Positions 30,501 through 40,009 of a DNA stretch of 64,000 bases are shown piece by piece. This stretch comes from a virus (taxonomy: Duplodnaviria; Caudoviricetes): the IMG/VR virus record IMGVR_UViG_3300030090_003111, positions 3,406 through 67,405 of that record. One strand, written 5' to 3'. How positions within the stretch are numbered: position 1 is the first letter of the stretch; every line of letters starts with the position of its first letter. The translations under genes and the position numbers were made by a program. Under the pieces are notes generated by a model. It did no database searches, was not told the origin of the DNA, and saw only the letters and a list, made by a program, of their open reading frames with translations.

Positions 30501-32487
30501 AACAGACGGTGGTGGTTTTAGAGGTACAGATTGTGCAGTAACTACCACAGACGATAAGTTTACTTTTGTAGCTCCAAAGATAGGTGGGTCTGGAGATACT
30601 ATAGATTTAAGACAATACTTTAATGTTGGAGACAAGATAACAGTATCAAATGCTGATGACAGTGGTAACAACGGTGATAAAGTTGTAAAAACAGTAACTG
30701 CAACTACAATCGGAGTACATGAAAATTTAACTGCTAGGGCAAGTGATACTAATTTAACTATAACTAAAAAGTCTGGTGTGTCAGACTTCATGACGAGAGA
30801 TATAGGTTCTGCATTATATGACGATTCATTTAGGATGTTTATATCACCTTATAGATACTGGCTTTTTGCAGAAATATTTAATTATAACAGTGATAATGAG
30901 ATGTTACCGGAAAAAAGTTACGGCTCTGTGGTGGTTACAGACTTTAAACCAAAAGGTTCTAGTGCAACAGGTTCAGGTGATTTTGGAACGGATGATTTTG
31001 GTGCTACTTGGAATGAGTATTTAATAACAGATGCTTCATCATATAATAATGCATGGAGTTTATCTAGACAGTCTAATAAAGGACATGGAGCACTAGAGTT
31101 AGAAACAGATTTTGGTTATGGAGCTTATGACGCAGAATCTGGCACTGGTGGAATGGTGTCGAAATTTACGCCCTCATTAACATTTGCAGGAGCTGCACTA
31201 TTTAACCTAGTGGATATAAGTAATATTATCAAAGGCCCTGAAAGTTACGAAGCTAACGATTCTCTTAAAGTTTATTTAGCAGCTGAAAATATAGGTTCAC
31301 AAACTAAAACAAATATTTCTACATTTAATCACGGCACTTCATCTCAAAGACCATTTTTACTTACAGTTTTTGAAGATGAATTACCAGCACATCCTGATTT
31401 AAGAGTTCAACCATTCGAAAACGACCAATTCGTTCCTCAATATACATGGAGCGCTAATGAAGATGATTTATGGTATGGTTTGCTAATGGTTTCTGATACA
31501 AATATTAAAAATCAATATCATAATAATTTATTTAGAATACCTCTAAACGAAGATTTAACAGGTTACGCAACAACAGATTTTGACGATGAAATATTTTTAC
31601 ATTTATCAAACGGCGATACTAAAACTCCACACACAGGAACATTTACTGGTATAACTGATAGATATGATGGTTTAGCAGGACATTCTAAAGAATGGAGTAA
31701 CAGTCATGGAAGTAGTGGAAGTATTATGAAATTTTCAGCAAGTGACATTTCTACTAAAGCTTTAGGCTCAGGAGAGAAACTTTCAGTTTTATGTCACGTT
31801 ATTTTATCAGGCGAAACTATATCAGAACAACAATATATTATGACTCAGTTGTCAAGTGATACAGCAGGAACTAATGATTTTGCTTATTATATATCCCTTA
31901 CAACAAGCGGTAACATAGAGATAGGTGTACAAGGTAATAATAGAACAGCTGATACAGACGTTATGACTGTGCTAACTTCATCCTCTATTGTGGCTGCTGA
32001 TGGAGAAACACCTACCATGATTTGTTTTACAGTAGATAACGAATTACCAACGCAGAATGTAAAATTATATATTAACGGTATTCTTGAATCATCATCTGGT
32101 GTTGCTCAAGCATCTACTAACACAGCTACACAATGGGCTAAAGGTTTACTAATAGAAGGTAGTGTTGCTTCAAGTAATAGCGAAGGTGATTTACATATAG
32201 GTAGTAGAGATGACGCAGGAAGTGGTGATTATAAATCATTCGATGGAAGAATAGAAGAGATAGTAGTATATGATGATGTAATATATCCAGTTAATCCGAA
32301 AGATGGTGAATATTTATATACTAAACCTCGTGCAGAATTTCAAGCTGGTGTAGGAGCACCTACATCATACGTTGCTAGATTATTTGTAAAGGATTATCAT
32401 AACATAAGAGGTACATCCACATCAGACATAGCTACCTCTCCACCTGTAAGTTTCTCGAAACCAATGTTCAATTTAAGAGGTGACTAA
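27541..32487 (+). CDS. Large tail-tip/receptor-binding protein with C-terminal LamG/ConA-like domain
   Basis: 1648 aa after TMP; C-terminal MICFTVD...KLYING...LHIG...FDGRIEEIVVY. Confidence 0.75.
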   Translation: MVKFVKQSDISVFPSRCFSAKMSSAHKDVFDNSQDTVDIQDRPYKQGLILEIPTADTPAYGSGQVAGYKLGLHVNSIGTDSANAATDNASIGIFKLKAGITKHEGSFGTTILRDVYSIWAGLSETPSTVLHENFQIDDKADEVVSVEGVKVTSTDPYITVDDAWANRDGSGMTNMLSFKNKEEFQEAYGVHVEGQGWIIPLVKKMDPYEGKLSEVDTNWPTYMDFQSGGWNWKDYSIDVGWTGEKIIDIPPEYHYYAKNADNTYKDATNDPVWEDKESFTKLIRYQFEKTVTIEDTIKRKLTLADTNHLSNLSTAPEMTLLKTIENSEDVETVADAGNYANTTSPLNGDNDLRMYSYIGSKISEARGDPSPWTNFLSRDNKVSDRHSSGGLVTNYFMYNRIPSPIMLHKDVERGADQEVTTDTNRSALDVQLSLKIEEIPEIFAASSTEVYFPSRGIAVWFKNRKRAGGMNRAHIVSDIMMNHYGLDSDDATDVTGNAYIQMQDSVAAATKENESYPFCGFLLFKMNGEFYVKQLGKSGSIGWDIGDGATDVIEIDGSTGSLGDSHGLCFKFSPADATKLDNSPEGKHISMIFRFKPDGNGFELIMLDRDNGNSLIHAPIPCYGTRASSSDWNISHGWPIMTFAMYNTASLASGNDGTNAYDNFRYGYLWNSKLDGTSSEEYVPDNTPMTASVDIDSIKISRAGFNYSHLNNTFSEHAEASRLPIKNPNPVDRSQTLTVNSGQGPISEESANNMSAANFWAFGFKNTTDLSGTQAAPKYLYFSDFDCGSLETNEAIDANHMKWAYSCGVERMGRQLWSHDIAGTAAEHRGSLSKRLTDSNTSSYGWLYKDNSSDGNWWGDGTTGAGQITNLLNCEMFTQKGAIGITSAFSNWTKRENIFASARIIKRIDEDSYQSFSVDDLSIFRDRGYGEDEAYIIYKYNGVYGPTNYCVGAAGNGIKLVKSSNQDGHYRVDFNESSRYSYAYKLLTDGGGFRGTDCAVTTTDDKFTFVAPKIGGSGDTIDLRQYFNVGDKITVSNADDSGNNGDKVVKTVTATTIGVHENLTARASDTNLTITKKSGVSDFMTRDIGSALYDDSFRMFISPYRYWLFAEIFNYNSDNEMLPEKSYGSVVVTDFKPKGSSATGSGDFGTDDFGATWNEYLITDASSYNNAWSLSRQSNKGHGALELETDFGYGAYDAESGTGGMVSKFTPSLTFAGAALFNLVDISNIIKGPESYEANDSLKVYLAAENIGSQTKTNISTFNHGTSSQRPFLLTVFEDELPAHPDLRVQPFENDQFVPQYTWSANEDDLWYGLLMVSDTNIKNQYHNNLFRIPLNEDLTGYATTDFDDEIFLHLSNGDTKTPHTGTFTGITDRYDGLAGHSKEWSNSHGSSGSIMKFSASDISTKALGSGEKLSVLCHVILSGETISEQQYIMTQLSSDTAGTNDFAYYISLTTSGNIEIGVQGNNRTADTDVMTVLTSSSIVAADGETPTMICFTVDNELPTQNVKLYINGILESSSGVAQASTNTATQWAKGLLIEGSVASSNSEGDLHIGSRDDAGSGDYKSFDGRIEEIVVYDDVIYPVNPKDGEYLYTKPRAEFQAGVGAPTSYVARLFVKDYHNIRGTSTSDIATSPPVSFSKPMFNLRGD

Positions 32488-32488
32488 A

Positions 32489-35400
32489 ATGGCAGCAAGA
32501 CCAACAGATTTCGTAGTAACCGTTTACCCCACAAAACAAGCAGCGGTAGACGCAATAGACCAGACAACAGCATATAGGATAGTAGGAAGCCAGTTAACAG
32601 CATCAAGAATTGTATCTGTTGCATCAACTAAGGTGATTACTTTGACTAGTCCTTCTCCAGCACCAGATGAAATATTTGACGTAGGAGATTCTATTACTAT
32701 AGGTCCTTCTTCATTAACAGACCCTCTCGACGGCACTCACACAGTGGCAGCAGTATCAGCAACTACTATAACAGTATCTACTACTGTACCTGATGCAGAC
32801 CATACGTTAGCTGTTACTATAGATAATGCTTCTAAGAAAAGGTCACATGTAGCTAATATAAATCAAGACAATGACACCTATTCTGATGAGAATGGTATTA
32901 CTCAAAGTTCACATTATTTCACACATAAAAGATATTATTACAGAGTAGATAGTCTAACTCCTTCTACTGAATTTTATATAGATTGGGACGACGGAGAAGA
33001 CAATACTCCACAAAATGCTAATTATTCTGTACAAAAGTTTACTTATCCTACTAATACAGCAATTTTTGAACATACATATACAAAACATGGACAATTCTTT
33101 CCTTTAATTAGATTAACTAACGCACATGGTTTTAAATCTAAATTCTATACTAATTGTGAAGCACCACGGTCATCTTACAGAGAATTAGAAAACTTTTTCG
33201 ATTTGACACATATAGGTCAAAGTGCTTCAGCGCCAGCACAAGATAAATCAATAGTGTCGTTAGATAGTGCTATATATTCAAGGATACCAAATTTTGTACC
33301 AGCAAATTACCCACCTACTGCCATTTTAAAAACAGATAGAAACGCAGTATTTAGTGGTATAGATAATAGTATTTCAAGTGATAGTGGTATTGACATAGCT
33401 GATAGAAGAGCGTTTTGTTACATAGATGGTATAGATTTAGGTATACGACACGCTAGTGGAATAAGTGGTGGTGTTTACACTATAGACAACTGTCTAGAAG
33501 TAACTTACGTAAATGGTAACGATGAAATAATTAAAGAGACAGTGTCAGCTACAACGGCTACAGGAACAACAGCAGCATCATTAGTAAACGCTATGTTTCC
33601 AGCTGCCGGTGCTGGTTATGGTTTAAAAGAAGTTTTATCGGTAAAATTAGTTAATTTAACAGAAAATCAATACGGTGATGCAGGTACTGGTGGTAAAATT
33701 AATGCGAAAATAACAGGTCTTTACCCTGATGAAAGAATCTGGATAAGATTATTTGATGATAGTGATAGAACTGGCACTGATAATGATTCATTACAAGCAT
33801 TCAATTCAGCTGACGCTCATACAGCAAATAAAATTTACCCTTCATTCTGTTACGTTTCTAACGGTAACCCTTATGTTTCAACAAATGAACCTAAATACTA
33901 TGTATCAGCAGATGGTTCAGAAAGTATACCACGTAATTCTAACGTAGATATATATAAATATTATTTATATGATGATAAATTAAGAAAACGTAAAAAAGAT
34001 GGTACATATAGTGCAGGTGTAACTGACTTGATAGCAGAGGCAACTGCCAGTATACAAGTTTCTGATTTGTTTGGTGGTACTGGAGCTACACAAGTAGAAT
34101 CAACAGACCATTCAAAACAAACATTATCCTACACACATGACTGGCAAATGGGACATCAAACCGACGATACAGAGTTTTATGCCAAAGGTAGTGATAGTAA
34201 TCAACTAACAGGAGTAGGTAGATTTTTTGATGAATTTAGATTATTGAGGTTACAAGTAGAAGACGGCTCTATAGATTCAACTGATAGCACTGTGGTAACT
34301 TTAACACAGGATGGAGATACAATGGACCGTTCGTTTATAGAACATTTTGGAAATTATAGTTATAATATACCCGGTAGACCTCCTGAATTGAAGAGTATAG
34401 GCTCATTATTCTATAAAAATGGCACAAATATATGGAGAGATTTGAACCAAGAAAATAATCTAACAAGTCATTTAATTATGGGTGGTAATTCCGATAGAGG
34501 TGGAAATGATGTACAATTAACATTATCTGATACAGCAACAGGTGATACAATGGCAGGAATAGCAAAAAACTTCTTACTCTGTGTAAGAGATAGGAAATTT
34601 ACAAAAATATTCCTTAGACAGTTCAATAAAATGACACCTAGAACTCTACATGGAGGTTCTGCACCTCAGTGTAGAATACAAGCTTATTATTCACACAGTA
34701 GTGGATGGAAACCCATGCCTATAAGAGATAATACGACATTAGATGACCATGTTATAACAGATATAGGACAAGCTACTTCTTTATTCAGGTCTGGAACTAT
34801 AGAGTGGGATATACCAGATGATTGGGAATCGCACGTTTCTGGAGGAATCAACGGTGGAAGTTGGAATATTACTGGACGAAGTAATACAGCAAATATATCA
34901 CATGTAGGTGGATATACTGTTACAGGAAGTGCAGGTAGTCAAGTAATAACGTTATCAGGTCCACCAGAAGCTCCTAATACAATTTTCTTACCGGGAGATG
35001 TAATAACGTTAAGTGGTATGGATAACGGAGCTAACAATATAAATATAACTGTACACGATGATGGATGTACTGCTACTACTATCAAAACTTCAACTACGTT
35101 AACTAATGAAACAGGTACAGGATGTACTATATCTGCTGCTGGTACAGCTAACGACCGAGGAACTCCGGGGTCGACATGGACATCTACAAAATGGCCACAG
35201 ACTCATGGAGAAGAGGGAGGATATGCTATTTTATTTACTATTAAATCAGCGAATGCATCAATTATAGAAAGCATGATGACACATATATGCGACAATCAAC
35301 ATAGTAGAGTTATAAAAATAGTAGACCCTAAACATATAAGTTTAAATGCTGCAATGGTAGCACAATCTGTAGGATTTACAAGGCAAGGTAAATATTATCA

Positions 35401-35776
35401 AGTAACTGATAGATTAGGTAGAGCAGATATAAGGAGAATAGGTGCTCAAAGTGGAAATATTACTTTTGGAGGTGTTGACTTAGGCGATAATACTGCTGGC
35501 ACAGGTAGTAGGACTAGAGAAAGACTAGTAGATTATCAAAAGAAAGGCACACCAGTTTATTACGATGTTAGACATAAAAATGGAACTTATACTAGGTTTT
35601 TCGGTGTAATAGCTTCACTTTCTGAAGATATGCCAACAGGTAATGCACCTCCTAAATTTGCAATTAATATGACAGTATCTCATATAGTGGAGTTTGCTTC
35701 TGACGGAACATGGGATGACGAGCTTATATCACTAGGAGGAAAGGTAGGGGGAGCTAGCTCCTATCTATTACATTAA
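32489..35776 (+). CDS. Large tail protein with PKD-like domain and distal-tail-like C-terminus
   Basis: ATG at 32489 after GAGGTGA; IDWDDG...FEHTYTKHGQF PKD-like motif. Confidence 0.7.
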   Translation: MAARPTDFVVTVYPTKQAAVDAIDQTTAYRIVGSQLTASRIVSVASTKVITLTSPSPAPDEIFDVGDSITIGPSSLTDPLDGTHTVAAVSATTITVSTTVPDADHTLAVTIDNASKKRSHVANINQDNDTYSDENGITQSSHYFTHKRYYYRVDSLTPSTEFYIDWDDGEDNTPQNANYSVQKFTYPTNTAIFEHTYTKHGQFFPLIRLTNAHGFKSKFYTNCEAPRSSYRELENFFDLTHIGQSASAPAQDKSIVSLDSAIYSRIPNFVPANYPPTAILKTDRNAVFSGIDNSISSDSGIDIADRRAFCYIDGIDLGIRHASGISGGVYTIDNCLEVTYVNGNDEIIKETVSATTATGTTAASLVNAMFPAAGAGYGLKEVLSVKLVNLTENQYGDAGTGGKINAKITGLYPDERIWIRLFDDSDRTGTDNDSLQAFNSADAHTANKIYPSFCYVSNGNPYVSTNEPKYYVSADGSESIPRNSNVDIYKYYLYDDKLRKRKKDGTYSAGVTDLIAEATASIQVSDLFGGTGATQVESTDHSKQTLSYTHDWQMGHQTDDTEFYAKGSDSNQLTGVGRFFDEFRLLRLQVEDGSIDSTDSTVVTLTQDGDTMDRSFIEHFGNYSYNIPGRPPELKSIGSLFYKNGTNIWRDLNQENNLTSHLIMGGNSDRGGNDVQLTLSDTATGDTMAGIAKNFLLCVRDRKFTKIFLRQFNKMTPRTLHGGSAPQCRIQAYYSHSSGWKPMPIRDNTTLDDHVITDIGQATSLFRSGTIEWDIPDDWESHVSGGINGGSWNITGRSNTANISHVGGYTVTGSAGSQVITLSGPPEAPNTIFLPGDVITLSGMDNGANNINITVHDDGCTATTIKTSTTLTNETGTGCTISAAGTANDRGTPGSTWTSTKWPQTHGEEGGYAILFTIKSANASIIESMMTHICDNQHSRVIKIVDPKHISLNAAMVAQSVGFTRQGKYYQVTDRLGRADIRRIGAQSGNITFGGVDLGDNTAGTGSRTRERLVDYQKKGTPVYYDVRHKNGTYTRFFGVIASLSEDMPTGNAPPKFAINMTVSHIVEFASDGTWDDELISLGGKVGGASSYLLH

Positions 35777-36813
35777 TGTTATACAACCCTAGATTGTTTA
35801 TAGACGGAAAAGAAAACTTTGATTTAAAAAGTTATACAATAACTTATCCCGGCACTAATCAATTAAATAATGCTAAAATACAATTAACAGACCCAGTCCT
35901 TGACGGAAATACTTTATTTGGTAAAATAGTAGAATTGTATACAAACTGTGGTTCTGAAAATAATATACCTACTTTTAGAGGTATCATCAAAGTAGTTAAT
36001 ACTTCTGATACAGAAATTTCTTTAAATTGTTTAGATGTAAGAGCTTATATATCTGGTAATGATGGTAAGAAAATAAATTTCGACGAATTAAATAATTATG
36101 ATGGGTTTAGTATTTCTCAATATTTAAAAAGTTATATAGAACAAGAAATAAACACAAAAGATAGGACCTTTATAGGAACGGATATGCTATCAGATACAAA
36201 AAAATGTTCTAATATGACAGGTGTGAGAGGTCAATTTTCAGTTCTTGACGCAGCAGTACAAAGATTAGATGAATCTTTTGATGATGATGATGATGAACCT
36301 TTAAGATATATTTTTGATGTAGTAGAAGGTCCCTTGTATAGTAATTTAGTATTAAGAAAACAAAGATTATTGACAGAAAAACCCTCTTTGTCATTGTCTT
36401 TACGTGATGGTATAGCATCATTTAATTACAAAAGAAGACCGTCACCGCAAGATATTTTAATTACAAATAGTGAAAATGATTTATCAACTAATATAAAATT
36501 GTCAGGGGCTAATCATGGTCCATTTTCAGCAACATTACAAGGTAAATTTCAAGATACTAGTTCAGCTAGAAATGCAGGTATTTTAGAACTTAAAAAACTA
36601 CAACAAGAAATAGATGAAATAGGTATAGAAATTACCAGAGGTTATGATATAGGTCTTGAATCTTTAGTTTTTGTTAATGTAGATAATGACGAAATAGATG
36701 GTATTCATAGAGTAGTAGGTAAAACTATTACTGGTAGTAATATGAATATGAAAGTTAATCTAAATCTCAATAAAAGACCTGTAAAAGTTAGCCAATATTT
36801 ATCAAAAGCTTAA
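35776..36813 (+). CDS. Baseplate hub/Tal-like tail protein
   Basis: PTFRGIIKVV...LNCLDVR, GLESLVFV..DEIDGIHRV; last late gene. Confidence 0.6.
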   Translation: MLYNPRLFIDGKENFDLKSYTITYPGTNQLNNAKIQLTDPVLDGNTLFGKIVELYTNCGSENNIPTFRGIIKVVNTSDTEISLNCLDVRAYISGNDGKKINFDELNNYDGFSISQYLKSYIEQEINTKDRTFIGTDMLSDTKKCSNMTGVRGQFSVLDAAVQRLDESFDDDDDEPLRYIFDVVEGPLYSNLVLRKQRLLTEKPSLSLSLRDGIASFNYKRRPSPQDILITNSENDLSTNIKLSGANHGPFSATLQGKFQDTSSARNAGILELKKLQQEIDEIGIEITRGYDIGLESLVFVNVDNDEIDGIHRVVGKTITGSNMNMKVNLNLNKRPVKVSQYLSKA

Positions 36814-37022
36814 TAACTTCTAGCGCTTTTATTAGTTTTACTTCTACTACCTAAATCACCATTGTCTGGTTCATCAGCAGCAGTTCTTCTAAGTATAGTT
36901 CCTTCAGGCATTTCAGTACCTTGTAAAGAATGTATACCTTGATTTAAAGTACCGTCTGAATTTAAATTTGCTGTTCTACCAAGTTTCTTGGTTCCTGTAA
37001 TAATATCTTTCTCAGATGTCAC
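36810..37022 (-). CDS. Hypothetical 70-aa protein
   Basis: GTG at 37022 overlapping nrdJ stop with GGAG 6 nt upstream; coding-like codon usage; stop overlaps the opposite-strand stop (TTAA). Confidence 0.5.
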   Translation of the reverse strand: MTSEKDIITGTKKLGRTANLNSDGTLNQGIHSLQGTEMPEGTILRRTAADEPDNGDLGSRSKTNKSARSY

Positions 37023-38877
37023 ACTTATCTCCTGTACATGCAAGCTCTTGTTTACCTTGAGTATTGTCCTCAAACTCGTATTCTGAGAGTTTGCTATAAT
37101 CTATTACGGGGAGGTTCTTTATAAAGCTTTCGTAGGTTCTATGGTCTATTTCCTCATATGGAGCTAATTTATAGTGTCCACCGTCGTATGGTAGGAAGGA
37201 CACACCATTGATTATATCCCAGTTTTTGTATACCCAATTCCCTACTTCAAACCATTCGTCGTCTCTGACATAAACAGTCATACTTGCGTTGTGTTCACAC
37301 CAGTTATGTTGTAGGTTTTTGTAATGACTTAGTTGTTCTAACGCAGTTACATCTTTACGTGTTACACAACCTTGTGGTGATTTAACAGGAAACTCTAATA
37401 CCCATGTACTTGCAGTCTCCTTTGTTTGTCCATTCTCTGGATGACATGGTATACCTACATCTTTCATCATCGCAAAGAGTGGGTCATTACCTGAAATTCT
37501 ATATCTTCTTATGTAATATTCAGAGTATCTTGGATGTACTCCTGATGCTGAATCTACAAGCTGTGAAACTGTACCACTTGGTTTGACACAAGTTGTTGCT
37601 GCTGGCATTTTTGTACCCAATATCCCTGATGCTTTACGAGATATGCGTAAAACACGGCTTTTAAGGGCCTTAAAGACCTCTGAGTTCATTAGGGAAGGGT
37701 TATCCATCTGACCGGTTAAACTAACGCCTAGAAGCGCTTCTGTGTCACAGTTCTTTTTCCATGTATTTCTGAGGTATGGGAAGTATGTAAATGAGCTCTG
37801 TATGACACCTAACCATGTAGCTGTCTCTACTTTGTCAAGTAGGCTATCTAAATCATCATCTTCTCTTACTACAACTTCACTAAGATTACAGAACTCCATA
37901 TCTCTAAGCATTATTTCGCCACAAGGGTTAGTTCCTTGTATTAATGGAGCATAACGTCTTGATGGAGCTTTGCTTTGTGCAGCATTAAGATTAAATATGC
38001 CTCTTTCCCCAGTGCCTGATAGAGCCAATGCAGCCCATTCAGACAAAAATTCACCTGCGGAGGGCTTTTCCCTATAGATAGCGCTATTATTTGCCATAGC
38101 ACGTTTGATGGGATAAGGCCACTCCTTCGCATGTCGCATATCTTTATCATGGAGGTCCGACAAGGATATCTGAGAGCTGCGACGAACTCCGCCAACAACA
38201 ACAATCTCAGCTATCTGATTACAAATATCATGACATTCGAGAGACGTGAGTTGACGTCCTTGAGCATTGTGCATGGTTTCACGTATGAAATCATGTAATT
38301 TTACCAGAGGTTGAGGTCCAGAAGCTCTACCACCCATAGTTTTGAGTCTAGCTCCTTCTAAACGAATCTCTGAGTAATCGAAATAGATGTTCTGTCCTTC
38401 ATACAGACTTTGCATAAGTGTCTTGACTGAGTCAGCCCATCCTTTTTTAGAATCTTCTATTACAACCTTTTTTAAGGCTTGTCCTGAGTTTATCTGTGGT
38501 ATTTTAGGTAGTTTACTTACTTCTTCTTGTTCTACTGAAAATCCGAATCCTGTACCACACATAAGGATATAAAGACACTCTGCAAATGCCTCTACGTTGT
38601 TTATCTTTGCAAAGGAACAGTTGTATATGCATGTATTATCTGCCTTTGCTGCTGGACCTGCGGCCCATAAAAATCTCATTGATGGCATTACTCCAAATTC
38701 CATCATATATTTCTTAATTTTATTCTGAGTTTTTTCAGGTATATCTGGTCTTTCTGAAATTACAAAACCCAAAAATCTATCTATGGTTTCTTCCCAATTT
38801 TCTCGTCTATTTTCTTCTTCTAACCAACGAGAATACGTTCTTTTATATATAAATTCTGCTACTTGATTCTTAAACAA
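37012..38877 (-). CDS. nrdJ: Class II (adenosylcobalamin-dependent) ribonucleotide reductase
   Basis: IYNCSF, GTNPCGEI...CNLSE, TCVKPSGTVSQL, C-terminal ELACTGDKCDI; no nrdB present. Confidence 0.92.
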   Translation of the reverse strand: MFKNQVAEFIYKRTYSRWLEEENRRENWEETIDRFLGFVISERPDIPEKTQNKIKKYMMEFGVMPSMRFLWAAGPAAKADNTCIYNCSFAKINNVEAFAECLYILMCGTGFGFSVEQEEVSKLPKIPQINSGQALKKVVIEDSKKGWADSVKTLMQSLYEGQNIYFDYSEIRLEGARLKTMGGRASGPQPLVKLHDFIRETMHNAQGRQLTSLECHDICNQIAEIVVVGGVRRSSQISLSDLHDKDMRHAKEWPYPIKRAMANNSAIYREKPSAGEFLSEWAALALSGTGERGIFNLNAAQSKAPSRRYAPLIQGTNPCGEIMLRDMEFCNLSEVVVREDDDLDSLLDKVETATWLGVIQSSFTYFPYLRNTWKKNCDTEALLGVSLTGQMDNPSLMNSEVFKALKSRVLRISRKASGILGTKMPAATTCVKPSGTVSQLVDSASGVHPRYSEYYIRRYRISGNDPLFAMMKDVGIPCHPENGQTKETASTWVLEFPVKSPQGCVTRKDVTALEQLSHYKNLQHNWCEHNASMTVYVRDDEWFEVGNWVYKNWDIINGVSFLPYDGGHYKLAPYEEIDHRTYESFIKNLPVIDYSKLSEYEFEDNTQGKQELACTGDKCDI

Positions 38878-38918
38878 TTTGTCACTTCCTTGCGGTTCAT
38901 TATTTTAGGCGACCCACC

Positions 38919-38932
38919 TATATAAGGTTTAC
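38919..38932 (-). promoter_or_regulatory. Variant BRE-TATA promoter for nrdJ (GTAAACCTTATATA)
   Basis: Motif variant about 40 nt upstream of nrdJ. Confidence 0.6.
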
Positions 38933-39015
38933 GGTGTATAGTCGCATTTTAGGCATTTTTTAGAGCCATCGTAAAAAAATCCAATGGCTCTACTTCCACA
39001 TAGTGGGCATATCAT
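38929..39015 (-). CDS. 28-aa CPxCG zinc-finger micro-protein MICPLCGSRAIGFFYDGSKKCLKCDYTP
   Basis: Hand-translated; ATGA coupling; two CxxC knuckles. Confidence 0.7.
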   Translation of the reverse strand: MICPLCGSRAIGFFYDGSKKCLKCDYTP

Positions 39016-39074
39016 TTGTAATCAACCAGAATGCGCTTAACTGGCTTCTTACTTGAATTAGAAGTTAAGACCAT
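39012..39074 (-). CDS. 20-aa micro-peptide MVLTSNSSKKPVKRILVDYK
   Basis: Hand-translated; coupled by TAATG upstream and ATGA downstream. Confidence 0.5.
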   Translation of the reverse strand: MVLTSNSSKKPVKRILVDYK

Positions 39075-39259
39075 TATGCCTGAGGTTGTTTTCCAGCTTT
39101 ATATTCTGGTGAGTCTTCTTCGACTACCTTCCAACCTACGCCAGTCCATACCTTAGTTACTAATTTCTCCTTAGGTACTTCCTTGACTTCTTCCTTTGGT
39201 TCTTCTTTAACTTCTTCTTTAGCTTTTTCAGCTACTTTCTTCTCAGCTTTGTCAGCCAT
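39074..39259 (-). CDS. 61-aa Lys/Glu-rich protein
   Basis: KEEVKEEPKEEVKEVPKEK low-complexity N-terminus. Confidence 0.7.
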   Translation of the reverse strand: MADKAEKKVAEKAKEEVKEEPKEEVKEVPKEKLVTKVWTGVGWKVVEEDSPEYKAGKQPQA

Positions 39260-39261
39260 GA

Positions 39262-39303
39262 TTACTCACAGCATTCACAGCTACAGTTTTCTTTGCAACA
39301 CAT
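39262..39303 (-). CDS. 13-aa Cys-rich micro-peptide MCCKENCSCECCE (metallothionein-like)
   Basis: Hand-translated; fills the gap between two genes with 2-nt spacers on each side; 6 of 13 residues Cys. Confidence 0.5.
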   Translation of the reverse strand: MCCKENCSCECCE

Positions 39304-39305
39304 GT

Positions 39306-39650
39306 TTACTTTTTTCTCCTTTTTGTTGTTGTTTTACGCTTACGCGCTGCCGCAGCTTTACGTCCTTTTTCAGGATGCATCTTATTATGTTGCGCGGCTG
39401 TCATTTTCTTTAAATTTGATTTTCTTGCCGTTTTAGCTGTGTGGACACCGGGCTTACCACGTCCACCTTTTCCACCACTCTTATGGTGTACTACTTCTCC
39501 TTTACCTGCATTAGCCTTTCTTCTGTAGTAGTGTGGAGATTTACCACCTTTCCATGAACCATTAGCTTTACCATAACGGGCCATAGGTGATTTCTTATTC
39601 CATCTCTTCTTACGGTTGGCACTTGTATCTTTAAACTTCTTACGTGCCAT
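39306..39650 (-). CDS. Very basic protein with HNH-like motif
   Basis: GKANGSWKGG, EVVHHK...SNLKKMTAAQHNKMH; GAGGT RBS. Confidence 0.7.
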   Translation of the reverse strand: MARKKFKDTSANRKKRWNKKSPMARYGKANGSWKGGKSPHYYRRKANAGKGEVVHHKSGGKGGRGKPGVHTAKTARKSNLKKMTAAQHNKMHPEKGRKAAAARKRKTTTKRRKK

Positions 39651-39662
39651 TACTTCTTACCT

Positions 39663-39989
39663 CTACTCTTCTTGTGCTTCGCTAGCTTCTTCGCTACTTT
39701 CGGCTTCTGACTGAACAGATACTTCCTCTGTTTGTTGCTCTTGAACGGCATTTTGCTTCTCCTCTAACCAAGCGTTCCAATCATCCATCAATTCTCTCGT
39801 CTCAAGAAACTCAGCATTTAAGTTTCTAAGAGCATTATATTGTCTCTCTATGTTTTGTGCATATGATTGAGTATTACGTAGAGAATCAATAAGATAATTT
39901 ATATTATCTAATGTTGGTCCACCTTCGTTTTCTGCAATCCATTTCTCTATTCCTTTGACCCTTTTGGTCAATCTTTCTACGTTTGCCAT
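39663..39989 (-). CDS. Hypothetical coiled-coil protein with acidic tail
   Basis: First gene after promoter 40010-40023. Confidence 0.75.
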   Translation of the reverse strand: MANVERLTKRVKGIEKWIAENEGGPTLDNINYLIDSLRNTQSYAQNIERQYNALRNLNAEFLETRELMDDWNAWLEEKQNAVQEQQTEEVSVQSEAESSEEASEAQEE

Positions 39990-40009
39990 ATATCTTTATC
40001 TCCTCGTAC

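Noticed and set aside
37118-37131. TTTATAAAGCTTTC promoter-like match inside nrdJ
   Set aside because: Falls within coding sequence (YESFIK), deviates in the TATA part, and lies too far from a plausible start.
38859-38900. Possible 13-aa leaderless uORF (MNRKEVTNCLRIK) overlapping the nrdJ start
   Set aside because: Too short and its ATG may lie upstream of the TSS; no independent support.
38961-38992. 9-bp inverted repeat TAGAGCCAT / ATGGCTCTA
   Set aside because: Lies inside the 28-aa zinc-finger ORF; could be chance or secondary; not called a terminator.
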